63,843 nucleotides of DNA from Candidatus Omnitrophota bacterium (GCA_026416665.1 JAOAET010000017.1:1-63843); one strand, 5' to 3'. Positions 41,498 through 50,429 are shown, counted from the first letter of the stretch. The notes: a model not told the origin generated them from the letters alone. Made by a program: numbers and translations.

Positions 41498-41848
41498 GTG
41501 ACAAAGGTTAAACATAGTCAAGCTACAAAACGAAGAAAAAAGAAGGTGCTTCGTCAAGCCAAAGGTTTTTGGGGAGACCGCAGTAAACAATTTCAGCAGG
41601 CAAGAAGAGCACTTATGCATGCCTTGGTCTATGCCTACCGTGATCGTAAGGCGCGAAAACGCTCTTTTCGTAGACTCTGGATTAGTCGCATAAATGCAGC
41701 AGTGCGTCAGGAGGGCATGTCTTATAATAAGTTTATGTCAGCAGTAAAAAAATCAGGGATTGGTCTGGATCGTAAGATTATAGCAGAGCTTGCAGTAAGA
41801 GAACCGGCTGTTTTTAAAAGATTGTTTGAAACAGTAAAATCAAACTAA
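41498..41848 (+). CDS. rplT: 50S ribosomal protein L20
   Basis: KRRKKKVLRQAKGFWGDRSK...AYRDRKARKRSFRRLWISRINAA. Confidence 0.95.
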   Translation: MTKVKHSQATKRRKKKVLRQAKGFWGDRSKQFQQARRALMHALVYAYRDRKARKRSFRRLWISRINAAVRQEGMSYNKFMSAVKKSGIGLDRKIIAELAVREPAVFKRLFETVKSN

Positions 41849-41858
41849 TAAAAAATCT

Positions 41859-42506
41859 ATGTATGTAATTATTGTAGGCTGTGGTAGAGTAGGGGCTGAA
41901 TTAGCAAAGCTTTTGTCTAGCGAAGGTCACGACGTGGTAATTATTGATAAGAAACAAGAATCTTTTAACCGCTTAGGCAATAGTTTTAATGGTATAATGC
42001 TAGTTGGAAATGGATTTGATTGTATGTTACTTAGACAGGCAGGTATTGAAAAAGCAGATGCTTTTTGCGCAGTGACCAACGGTGACAACACCAATCTTAT
42101 TTCTGCACAGGTTGCCCGTAAGATATTTAAAGTTCCTAAAGTTATTGCTCGTATCTATGATCCCCAAAGAGCCCATATCTACAAGGCATTAGGTTTAGAT
42201 ATCTTAAGTGGCACCATCCTTTTTGCTTCACTTATTCGAGACAAAATCGTGGAAAGCCGTTTTACCAGTTATCTTATTGAGACAAAAGACTTAGGAGTTA
42301 TTGAGCTTGAAGTAAGTAAAACCTTAGCAGGGAAAACAGTCTCTGAGTTAAATGTTCCTGGCGAATTTCTAGTAGTAGCAATTCGTAGATTAGAGGGAGT
42401 TACCATCCCTGAACCACAGACCGTGTTAAAGGAAAAAGATACTTTTATGGCAGTGGTGAAAGTTACCAGTCTTGAGAAGATACGTAAACGGTTTAACCTT
42501 TCGTAG
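41859..42506 (+). CDS. trkA: TrkA/KtrA-type potassium transporter regulatory subunit (RCK N+C)
   Basis: Rossmann motif IIVGCGRVGAELAKLL plus a C-terminal RCK_C region. Confidence 0.85.
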   Translation: MYVIIVGCGRVGAELAKLLSSEGHDVVIIDKKQESFNRLGNSFNGIMLVGNGFDCMLLRQAGIEKADAFCAVTNGDNTNLISAQVARKIFKVPKVIARIYDPQRAHIYKALGLDILSGTILFASLIRDKIVESRFTSYLIETKDLGVIELEVSKTLAGKTVSELNVPGEFLVVAIRRLEGVTIPEPQTVLKEKDTFMAVVKVTSLEKIRKRFNLS

Positions 42507-42517
42507 GGAAATAAAAA

Positions 42518-43180
42518 ATGAAGATAGTTATTGTCGGAGCAGGGAAAGTAGGATTTTTCTTAGCTAGGCGTCTGCTTACAGCAAAGCATACAGTGAGTAT
42601 AGTAGAAAAAGACAAACAGATTTGTGAAGAAATTGTCAGACAACTGGAGGCTTTAGTTATTTACGGCGATGGCTGTGATCCTCAGATATTAGAAGAAGCC
42701 GGGGTTCGCCATGCAGATGTAGTAGCAGCAGTTACAGGTGAAGATGAGGATAACATGATTATCTGTCAGCTTGCCAAAGAGTTATTTCATATCAAACGCA
42801 CAGTGGCAAGGGTCAATAATCCAGATAATGAACGCACTTTTACTGAGTTAGGTATAGATGTACCGGTAGATGCTACCATGATTATAGGTAAAATTATAGA
42901 AGAAGAAGTATCTTTTGCGGATTTTGTGAATCTGATGAGTTTTAAACGGGGAAAACTTGCTTTAGTAAGAGTTGACCTTGCGCCAGAGTCACCAGTAGTA
43001 AATAAGCAGATAAAAGAACTATCTTTACCTGCTGATTCGGTAATTGTTTCTATTTTACGAGCAGATAAAGTAATTGTCCCAAGGGGCGATACGGTCTTTA
43101 TGGCTAATGATGATGTGATTGCTATTACCACGGTAGGTAATGAATCACAGTTACTGAATTTTCTTTTAGGTAAATTGTAA
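42518..43180 (+). CDS. trkA: TrkA/KtrA-type potassium transporter regulatory subunit, second copy
   Basis: Rossmann motif VIVGAGKVGFFLARRL plus an RCK_C region. Confidence 0.85.
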   Translation: MKIVIVGAGKVGFFLARRLLTAKHTVSIVEKDKQICEEIVRQLEALVIYGDGCDPQILEEAGVRHADVVAAVTGEDEDNMIICQLAKELFHIKRTVARVNNPDNERTFTELGIDVPVDATMIIGKIIEEEVSFADFVNLMSFKRGKLALVRVDLAPESPVVNKQIKELSLPADSVIVSILRADKVIVPRGDTVFMANDDVIAITTVGNESQLLNFLLGKL

Positions 43181-43300
43181 ATGAAACTAAAATCATTAGG
43201 GTTGACTATACAAGGAATCTTTGTGGAAATTTTATATGCTGTAGTTATTATGTCAGCTGCATTCTTACTCTGCCTTGTTGCTACCATTATCAAACCATGA
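43181..43300 (+). CDS. 39-aa single-TM small protein, translationally coupled between trkA and trkH
   Basis: My translation: MKLKSLGLTIQGIFVEILYAVVIMSAAFLLCLVATIIKP. The ATG directly follows the trkA TAA, and its TGA overlaps the trkH ATG (ATGA). Below the ORF-track cutoff. Confidence 0.45.
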   Translation: MKLKSLGLTIQGIFVEILYAVVIMSAAFLLCLVATIIKP

Positions 43301-44799
43301 TTCTTAAACCCCACATTGAAGATTTACAATTAATTAGTTTTTACCTAGGCAAGGTTACAATAGGGCTTGCTTTGGCGATGGCAATACCACTTGTTTTTGC
43401 CGTGATATTAGGAGAGTTTTCGCCTGCTTATGATTTTTTAATATCTACAGAACTTGCCTTGTTAATAGGAGTATTGCTTACCTTCAATAAAAGCACTCTT
43501 ACTACATTAAGTTGGATGCACGGAATGATTGTTGTCTCTTTGTCATGGCTTTTGGCAACGCTTATCGGTGCTATCCCTCTTTATTTAAGTGGCCATTGGT
43601 TATCTTATCTTGATGCTTGTTTTGATGCAATGTCAGGGTTTGCTACAACAGGGTTGACCTTAGTAACAGATGTAGATCATCTTTCTTATGCACATAATCT
43701 CTGGCGGCATCTGATGATGTTTATCGGTGGACAAGGAATTGTAATTATCGCAGTATCTTTATTTGTTTCTGGGCTAAGCGGTGCATTTACAATGTATGTT
43801 GGCGAGGGAAGAGAGGAGAAAATTTTCCCTAATGTGGCGCATACTGGGAGATTTATTTGGTTGGTAAGTTTAGTGTTTTTATGTTTAGGGACATTTGCGT
43901 TAACGGTTTGTGGTATTTGTGAAGGGATGGAGCCTTTTCGCGCATTTTTTCATGGCCTTTGTATTTTTATGGCAGCTTTTGATACAGGAGGATTTAGTCC
44001 TCAATCGCAGAATATCTTGTATTATCATAGCGTTGCTTTTGAGTTAATTACCGTGGTGATAATGATTATTGGTGCAATGAATTTTAAGTTACACTATCAT
44101 CTCTGGACCGCCAATGTTTCAGAAATAACTAAGGATATTGAGACCAGAACCTTTTTCTTTAGTGTATTAATTACCTTTTTTATTGTGGCTATGGGGTTAG
44201 TTAATCAAGGAGTGTTTACCAAGCCCGCTTTATTATTTCGCAAAGGGTTTTATCAACTAATTTCAGGACATACTGGTACAGGGTATCAAACTGTATATGC
44301 AAAAGAGTTTGTAAAACAATGGGGTGACCTTGCAAGTATAGGGGTGTTGGCAGCTATGACACTGGGCGGAGCAATTTGCTCTACCACAGGTGCCATAAAG
44401 ATGGCGCGTTTGGGAATTATATGGAAGGCATTGGTGCAGGACATAAAAAGAATTATCTTCCCTGAGCGGGCAATAATTGTGCAGAAGTTTCATCATGTGA
44501 AAGAAATTTTCTTAGAAGATAAATTAGTTCGTTCTGCTTTAATGATCACAATGGCTTATTTTTTATTGTATTGTTTAGGGGCTTTAATTGGTATGTTTTA
44601 CGGTTATGGATTTTTGGAATCATTATTTGAATCTGTTTCTGCAGCAGCAAATGTTGGGCTTTCTTGCGGTATTACCAGTCCAAATATGCCAGTGGGTCTT
44701 AAGCTTACTTATATAATTCAGATGTGGGCAGGGCGATTAGAATTTATGTCCGTATTTACCTTGGTTGGTTTTGTTTATGCCGCCATAAGGGGAAAATAA
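43297..44799 (+). CDS. trkH: TrkH family potassium uptake protein
   Basis: 500 aa polytopic protein; pore-loop-like motifs SGFATTGL and FDTGGFS. Confidence 0.88.
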   Translation: MILKPHIEDLQLISFYLGKVTIGLALAMAIPLVFAVILGEFSPAYDFLISTELALLIGVLLTFNKSTLTTLSWMHGMIVVSLSWLLATLIGAIPLYLSGHWLSYLDACFDAMSGFATTGLTLVTDVDHLSYAHNLWRHLMMFIGGQGIVIIAVSLFVSGLSGAFTMYVGEGREEKIFPNVAHTGRFIWLVSLVFLCLGTFALTVCGICEGMEPFRAFFHGLCIFMAAFDTGGFSPQSQNILYYHSVAFELITVVIMIIGAMNFKLHYHLWTANVSEITKDIETRTFFFSVLITFFIVAMGLVNQGVFTKPALLFRKGFYQLISGHTGTGYQTVYAKEFVKQWGDLASIGVLAAMTLGGAICSTTGAIKMARLGIIWKALVQDIKRIIFPERAIIVQKFHHVKEIFLEDKLVRSALMITMAYFLLYCLGALIGMFYGYGFLESLFESVSAAANVGLSCGITSPNMPVGLKLTYIIQMWAGRLEFMSVFTLVGFVYAAIRGK

Positions 44800-44823
44800 T
44801 TTGCTGTTTAACTATTAAGGAGA

Positions 44824-45306
44824 ATGTTAAAGATATTATTCGCAACAAGCTTATTATTATGTCCAATAGTCTCTTCTGCTGCAGTTGTCTCAAGCCAAGA
44901 GTTAATAATAAATGCCTCAATTTACGATGGCAAGATAATTGAATATGAAGGTGAGGTAATTGGCGAGGTAATGAGACGAGGCAGCCATAGCTGGATTAAT
45001 GTGTATGATGGTAATACTGCCATAGGCGTATGGGTTTTGTCAGAACATGCCCAGAAGATAAAGTTAAGCGGAAAATATTGCCAAATTGGTGACCGCATAA
45101 AGGTTAGGGGAGTATTTAACCGCCGTTGTCTTGAACATGGTGGGGATTTAGATATACATGCACAACAGATTCAAGTAACGGAATTAGGCAGAAAAATTGA
45201 GGAAGAAATTCCTCCTGTAAAGAAAAAAGTTGCTTGGGGTTTTGGTATAATTTTGGGGTTAGTATGGATATTACATCTATACAGAAAACATTGGAACAGG
45301 AATTAA
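44824..45306 (+). CDS. hypothetical exported protein with C-terminal TM anchor
   Basis: N-terminal signal-like MLKILFATSLLLCPIVSSAAV and a C-terminal hydrophobic helix WGFGIILGLVWILHL. No family recognised. Confidence 0.45.
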   Translation: MLKILFATSLLLCPIVSSAAVVSSQELIINASIYDGKIIEYEGEVIGEVMRRGSHSWINVYDGNTAIGVWVLSEHAQKIKLSGKYCQIGDRIKVRGVFNRRCLEHGGDLDIHAQQIQVTELGRKIEEEIPPVKKKVAWGFGIILGLVWILHLYRKHWNRN

Positions 45307-46289
45307 CAGAAATTAATAATTTAGACAGCCTGGAACAACTAAAAGTAAAGTATCTGGGAAGAAAAGGGCTCTTGGCACAACTTACCAGTTCCATTGGGTC
45401 TTTGCCAGCTGAACAACGTGCCGCTTTTGGTAAAGAGGTTAATGCCTTTAAAAGCAGAGTGCAACAGTTATTTAATCAGAAACTAGCAGATTTAGAAGCT
45501 ATAGAGCAACCCAAGAGTAAGCAGGTAGTAGATATATCTATGCCTGGAATTGCACAAGATTTAGGTAATAGCCACCCGATTACTCAAGTAATAGAAGAGA
45601 TTTGTAGTATCTTTGAACGCATAGGATTTGAAATTGTAGAAGGTAATGAAATTGAGACAGAATTTGCTAACTTTACTGGTCTTAATATTCCTTTAGATCA
45701 CCCCGCACGCGAAGCATTTGATACCTTTTATCTTGAGTTACCCTCTGTCAAAGAGGGTAAATACTTATTGCGTAGTCAAACTTCCACAGTTCAAATTCGC
45801 GCAATGAGCATAAGAAAACCACCTATTGCAGTAGTTGCTCCAGGTAGGGTTTATCGTCCAGATGCGGTGGATGCCTCACATTCGTTTATGTTTCATCAAA
45901 TTGAAGGTTTTATGGTGGACAAAGCAATTAGCTTCGGCCATCTAAAAGGGGTGTTAGAATTTTTTGTGCATCAGGTTTTTGGAAAAGATGTTTCTATGCG
46001 CTTTAGACCACATCACTTTCCTTTCACCGAACCATCTGCGGAGGTGGATATCTCCTGTATTATCTGTAAGGCAAAAGGTTGTTCAGTATGTGGCAGAAAA
46101 GGATGGCTTGAGGTTTTAGGGTCAGGAATGATTCATCCCAATGTTCTTAAAACCGTTGGTTACGATACTAAAAAATATACAGGTTTTGCTTTTGGTATGG
46201 GAATTGAGCGGATAGCTATGCTCAAATACGGGATAAATGACATTCGTTTATTTACTGAAAATGACTTGCGTTTCTTAAAACAATTCTAA
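45264..46289 (+). CDS. pheS: phenylalanine--tRNA ligase alpha subunit
   Basis: Class II motifs (HPARE..DTFY, GRVYRPD, FAFGMGIERIAML). Start set at MDITSIQK. Confidence 0.92.
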   Translation: MDITSIQKTLEQELTEINNLDSLEQLKVKYLGRKGLLAQLTSSIGSLPAEQRAAFGKEVNAFKSRVQQLFNQKLADLEAIEQPKSKQVVDISMPGIAQDLGNSHPITQVIEEICSIFERIGFEIVEGNEIETEFANFTGLNIPLDHPAREAFDTFYLELPSVKEGKYLLRSQTSTVQIRAMSIRKPPIAVVAPGRVYRPDAVDASHSFMFHQIEGFMVDKAISFGHLKGVLEFFVHQVFGKDVSMRFRPHHFPFTEPSAEVDISCIICKAKGCSVCGRKGWLEVLGSGMIHPNVLKTVGYDTKKYTGFAFGMGIERIAMLKYGINDIRLFTENDLRFLKQF

Positions 46290-46295
46290 AAACAG

Positions 46296-48338
46296 ATGAA
46301 AATCTCTTATCAATGGTTAAAAGAGTTTGTTGATATTCGGATAAATCCATCAGTGCTTGCTGAAAAATTAACCATGGCGGGTTTGGAAGTAAAAGGCATT
46401 GAGAAAATAAAAGATGATTTTGTCTACGAGATAGAAATTACTTCTAATCGTGCCGACTGGTTAAGCATAATAGGCGTTGCCAGAGAAGTCGCTGCTATAT
46501 TAAATAAGAAACTTATAAAAATAGAAAAATATTCTTTGCTTACTCGACCCAAAAAACAACTTTCTAAGTATAGTATTTCTATTGAAGATAAAAACGATTG
46601 CCCTTTATATACTGCTCAGATATTTGAAAACGTCCGTGTTGGTCCATCTCCTGAGTGGTTACGTAAACGTATAGAGGCAGTAGGATGCCGTTCAATAAAT
46701 AACGTTGTAGATATTACAAATTATGTGATGTTTGAGTTGGGAGCACCTTTACATGCCTTTGACCGTGATAAATTAAAAGGTGATACTATTTTTATTAGAC
46801 GAGCCAGACCACAAGAGACCATTATTTCTATTGACGGACAAAAGCACATACTTTCTACTCAGAATTTAGTGATAGCCGATACCCAAGGTCCAGTGGCCTT
46901 AGCAGGGATTATGGGCGGAAGGCATACAGAAGTTGATAATAACACAAAAATAGTAATGTTAGAGGCAGCGTTGTTTTCCCCTGTACTTATTAGAAGAGGA
47001 AGGCAATCTCTTGGTATACAGACAGAGTCTTCTTATCGTTTTGAACGCGGATTAGATTATCAGACAGTGTTAAAGGCAGCTGAGCGCGCAGCAGAACTTA
47101 TGATAAAGCTTTGTAATGCGAAAAGAGTTGGGGTACACACCCTACACTTGCCTTTTCCAAAAGAGTTGAAACTTGAAGTAGACAGTAGCTATTTCTGCAA
47201 TAATCTGGGAATTAGTCTTTCCAGTTCTACTATTTCTCAGATACTATCACGGTTAGGTTTTAAAGTAAGTAAGCTTACCAGAGAAAGACTGCAAGTAAGT
47301 ATACCCTCTTTTAGAAGAGATATTAAAGCACCAATTGATTTGGTTGAGGAGGTAAGCAGAATATATGGTTATGAGAAAATCCCAGCGAGTTTGCCTACAG
47401 TAATCTTACAAAGTAATAAAGACACCTATACACTTTATCATTTTATTAGGGAGCTTAAATCACTATTACGAGGTTTAGGATTAAATGAAGCCATTACTTA
47501 TAGTCTTGTTGACCAGCAGACATTAGAAGGTTTCTGGGGGAAAGAAGATGTACTTATTCGTGTAGTGAATCCTTTAAGTAAAGAACAACAGATACTACGG
47601 CCTACTTTACTGCCGAGTTTGGTGCGCAGTGTCTGTTATAATCTTCGTCAAAAGCAAAAAGAAGTAAAGCTATTTGAGATAGCAAAAGTATTTTACAAAG
47701 ATAAAGACCAACCCCAAGAGAAATACTATTTAAGCTTTGCTATCGCTGGAACAAAGATAGTTTGGCTTGAACCAGAGTTAAAACATATAGAGGACCACCA
47801 AGGGCTACTGCATACAAAAGGAATAGTTGATACTATATTGTCTTATCTAGGTATTACAGAACGTGTTTTTGTTGCTCAGTTAGATGGAAGTTGGAATATA
47901 GAAATTAATGGTTACCTTATAGGCCGTATGTTAGAAGTCAATCGAAATTTTCTTACTAAACTTGATGTAAAAAACCAAAACGTATATTGTGCTGAGCTTA
48001 ATTTAGAGATGCTTTTTAAGTTACATCGCAGACATAGAGATTATCAAGCCTTTAGTCGTTTTCCTGCGATTACGCGGGATATAAGTATTGTGGTTAAAGA
48101 TAGTGTATCAGTAGAAGATATTCTGGAAGCAATTAAAAAGGAAGCTGATGAGGTTATTCGTAATGTACAAGTTATTGATTACTATAAAGGTGAGCCCATA
48201 GCTTTAGGCTATAAAAATATTACTGTATCCTGTCTTTACTCAGGTTGTGACCATACTCTCAGCGAAGATGAGATAACTCCAATAGATGCGCGTATTCGCG
48301 AGAAATTAAGTAAGATCTTTGGGGCTACTTTCCGTTAA
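46296..48338 (+). CDS. pheT: phenylalanine--tRNA ligase beta subunit (lacks the N-terminal OB tRNA-binding B2 domain)
   Basis: MKISYQWLKEFV...MAGLEV runs directly into ...EIEITSNRADWLSIIGVARE. B3/4, B5 and FDX-ACB regions are present; 680 aa. Confidence 0.9.
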   Translation: MKISYQWLKEFVDIRINPSVLAEKLTMAGLEVKGIEKIKDDFVYEIEITSNRADWLSIIGVAREVAAILNKKLIKIEKYSLLTRPKKQLSKYSISIEDKNDCPLYTAQIFENVRVGPSPEWLRKRIEAVGCRSINNVVDITNYVMFELGAPLHAFDRDKLKGDTIFIRRARPQETIISIDGQKHILSTQNLVIADTQGPVALAGIMGGRHTEVDNNTKIVMLEAALFSPVLIRRGRQSLGIQTESSYRFERGLDYQTVLKAAERAAELMIKLCNAKRVGVHTLHLPFPKELKLEVDSSYFCNNLGISLSSSTISQILSRLGFKVSKLTRERLQVSIPSFRRDIKAPIDLVEEVSRIYGYEKIPASLPTVILQSNKDTYTLYHFIRELKSLLRGLGLNEAITYSLVDQQTLEGFWGKEDVLIRVVNPLSKEQQILRPTLLPSLVRSVCYNLRQKQKEVKLFEIAKVFYKDKDQPQEKYYLSFAIAGTKIVWLEPELKHIEDHQGLLHTKGIVDTILSYLGITERVFVAQLDGSWNIEINGYLIGRMLEVNRNFLTKLDVKNQNVYCAELNLEMLFKLHRRHRDYQAFSRFPAITRDISIVVKDSVSVEDILEAIKKEADEVIRNVQVIDYYKGEPIALGYKNITVSCLYSGCDHTLSEDEITPIDARIREKLSKIFGATFR

Positions 48339-48341
48339 AAC

Positions 48342-48370
48342 TTGACGAAAGATTATACGCGTCTTATACT
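48342..48370 (+). promoter_or_regulatory. sigma-70-type promoter of the structured RNA
   Basis: TTGACG (48342-48347), 17-nt spacer, TATACT (48365-48370). Confidence 0.6.
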
Positions 48371-48376
48371 AAATTC

Positions 48377-48545
48377 TAGAAAGAACTCCCTGCCGTGTTC
48401 GTGAGGCGTACCTGATAATTGGTGAACCAACACCATTATTAAGGGGGTTTAACTTCGGCATGCGCATTGCGCTAGTCGAGAGAGCTCCCACCTGGGAAAC
48501 CGGGTTCAGCCATCAAGGACGCTAACGGCACAGTGCGGGGATTTT
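48377..48545 (+). ncRNA. ssrS: structured ~165-nt RNA, probably 6S RNA
   Basis: It has its own promoter and no ORF. A long interrupted closing stem forms by manual pairing: 48384-48414 with 48514-48543 (AACUCCC/GGGGAUU, UGCCGU/ACGGCA, GGCGU.CCU/AGG.ACGCU). Hairpins sit on both sides of a central region (AUAAUUGGUG..CACCAUUAU and ACCUGG-GAAA-CCGGGU). An apical stem GGGGG/CUCCC, UUCGGC/GUCGAG, GCGC-AUU-GCGC completes the fold. The ends resemble my recollection of E. coli 6S (..UGUUCG.. 5' and ..CGGCA...GGAGAUU 3'). Confidence 0.5.
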
Positions 48546-48645
48546 AATTATACATGTTAACTTAATTAACTAGTGCGGGTAGTAAGTAACAAAGTCTAAT
48601 TAAAATCGATTAGTTTTGATATAAAATAAGTCTAAAAGAGCATAT

Positions 48646-49584
48646 ATGGAGAATAATATAGATGATATTATTGGGACAGCGGTTATTTTTATTATGGGTT
48701 TTATTTTCTTTTTCTATGGTTTTATGCAACTTAGACGTAAACGATTAATTGAAGATATGCCTACCTCTACGGTAAGAGGTTTGGCATTAGGGTTAGTAGA
48801 ATTACAAGGTGTTGCCCGTCCTTCTATTATTTTGCGTTCACCTATAACACTTACAGAGTGTTGTGTATATGAATACAAAGTTGAGCAATACTGTGAACAT
48901 AGAAAAGATGATAAATGGGTAACAGTTGCTTATGGTAATAGCTTTAAGGTTCCTTTTTATTTAGAAGACAAGACTGGCAAGGTAAAGATATGCCCAGAAG
49001 AAGCAGAAATGTTGTGGTCGGATAGACTCTCCTACATTACGGGTGGTTTTCGTAAACAAATTCCAGACTTTCTTACTACTTTTCTTGAGAAAAACGGTAT
49101 TAAGTATCGTAGTTGGTTAGGGACAAAAAAGTTTCGTTTTACTGAAAGATACTTTCTAGAAGGAGAACCTATTTATGTATTGGGCACGGCTGTGCCCGAG
49201 AACGAACAGTCGTTGGAGGTTGATAAACAGTGTCTGATACAGCGGTTGGAAGAGCTAAAGTCCGACCCACAGTGGATAAAACAAATTGATACCAATCAAG
49301 ATGGTTATATTAGTCAGGAAGAGTGGGATAAAGCAGTAGCACAAATTGAGAGTGAACTGCTTTCTAGTGCTATAAAGGATTCTTCATTAGATAATGCCTC
49401 TGGTATAAAAATCTGTAAAGCAAATAGTGAAGAGGTTTTTATTATTGGCACAGAAAACCAGCATTTGATTATTAAAAATTTTTCCTGGGATATGCTCAAA
49501 TATCTTTTGGGTGGGCCGTTGTTAAGTCTAGGTGCACTAGGGTATATACTTTGGAGACTAAAGGGAATGGGGTTTTTTAATTAA
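48646..49584 (+). CDS. GIDE-domain membrane protein with inserted EF-hand
   Basis: N-terminal TM, then DMPTSTVRGLALGLVELQGVA...SPITLTECCVYEYKVE (bacterial GIDE pattern), a canonical EF-hand loop DTNQDGYISQEE (49288-49323) and a C-terminal TM. Confidence 0.6.
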   Translation: MENNIDDIIGTAVIFIMGFIFFFYGFMQLRRKRLIEDMPTSTVRGLALGLVELQGVARPSIILRSPITLTECCVYEYKVEQYCEHRKDDKWVTVAYGNSFKVPFYLEDKTGKVKICPEEAEMLWSDRLSYITGGFRKQIPDFLTTFLEKNGIKYRSWLGTKKFRFTERYFLEGEPIYVLGTAVPENEQSLEVDKQCLIQRLEELKSDPQWIKQIDTNQDGYISQEEWDKAVAQIESELLSSAIKDSSLDNASGIKICKANSEEVFIIGTENQHLIIKNFSWDMLKYLLGGPLLSLGALGYILWRLKGMGFFN

Positions 49585-49604
49585 CTTATTAAAAGGAGGA
49601 TTGG

Positions 49605-50180
49605 ATGGTTATCTCAGTAATGTTGTGGTTAGTACTAATTTTTGTGGCTTTAGGGATTATAATTTATGCGGTAGCTATTTACAATGGATTAGTACGGTTA
49701 TCACGCAATATAGAAAAGGCCTGGGCAAATATTGATGTAATTCTTAAGCAACGCCGTGATGAGATTCCCAAACTTGTGAAAACATGTGAAGGTTATATGC
49801 AATATGAGCAAGATACCTTAGAGAAGATCACTGCGGCAAGGACTTTTTGTATTCAGGCAAAAACAGTAGCGGAAACAGCTCAAAAAGAGGCGCAACTAAG
49901 TAGTCTTTTACGACAACTGTTCGCGGTAGCAGAAAACTACCCATCTCTTAAGGCAGACCAAACTTTTCTACAGTTACAACAGCGCATAAGTTATCTTGAA
50001 AATCAAATTGCTGATCGTCGTGAGCTTTATAACGATTCTGTTAACAACTATAATATTCGTATCCATCAAATTCCTGATATGTTTGTTGCCAGATTATGTG
50101 GTTTCAGTGATAAAGAATTATTTAACATAACCGATACCGAAAGAAAAGATGTTGATATAGATTTCAATCTACCAAAATGA
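49605..50180 (+). CDS. lemA: LemA family protein
   Basis: N-terminal TM plus YNGLVRLSRNIEKAWANIDVILKQRRDEIPKLV...AENYPSLKADQTF...RRELYNDSVNNYN. Confidence 0.88.
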   Translation: MVISVMLWLVLIFVALGIIIYAVAIYNGLVRLSRNIEKAWANIDVILKQRRDEIPKLVKTCEGYMQYEQDTLEKITAARTFCIQAKTVAETAQKEAQLSSLLRQLFAVAENYPSLKADQTFLQLQQRISYLENQIADRRELYNDSVNNYNIRIHQIPDMFVARLCGFSDKELFNITDTERKDVDIDFNLPK

Positions 50181-50305
50181 ATTCTTAGCAAACAAAACAT
50201 TTGACAATTCTTAATAGTTGAAAGCAATCAACCACAGAAGAGTTGTTAAAAGGTATTAAAGTTTTAAAAGGTATAACATTAGCGATTTAAACAAAATTAA
50301 ACACA

Positions 50306-50338
50306 GGTGCCATTACTTAAGGCACCCATTTTAATTTT
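50306..50338 (+). terminator. candidate intrinsic terminator downstream of lemA
   Basis: GGTGCC-9 nt-GGCACC followed by CATTTTAATTTT. The stem is short, so the call is weak to moderate. Confidence 0.4.
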
Positions 50339-50383
50339 GAAGAAAGAAAAAATTTTTTTAAGGTAACTTAACAGTTTTTGAGC

Positions 50384-50412
50384 TTGAAGCGATAAGCGGC
50401 ACATGATAAAAT
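50384..50412 (+). promoter_or_regulatory. sigma-70-type promoter upstream of the MetV-like gene
   Basis: TTGAAG, 17-nt spacer, TAAAAT with TGn extended -10. An RBS AAAGGAG precedes the ATG at 50430. Confidence 0.45.
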
Positions 50413-50429
50413 GAAAAAGGAGAAGCTCT

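Noticed and set aside
48377-48545. Alternative identities for the structured RNA: SRP (4.5S) RNA, cobalamin, c-di-GMP-I or guanidine-I riboswitch, RNase P RNA, tmRNA.
   Set aside because: The GAAA hairpin lacks the invariant SRP domain IV loops (AGCA/GGAA context). The cobalamin-like CCCGCACUGUG exists only on the reverse strand with no gene to regulate. Similarities to GEMM-I (GGACGCUAACGGC) and ykkC (GUCGAGAG) are short and out of order. No RNase P (GGAAAGUCC) or tmRNA end motifs are present.
50181-50305. Direct repeat TTAAAAGGTAT (two copies about 16 nt apart) and a TTGACA hexamer downstream of lemA, considered as a small RNA gene.
   Set aside because: No matching -10 element lies at proper spacing and no ORF is present. 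The sequence is AT-rich and short, and is most simply the 3' UTR preceding the weak terminator at 50306.
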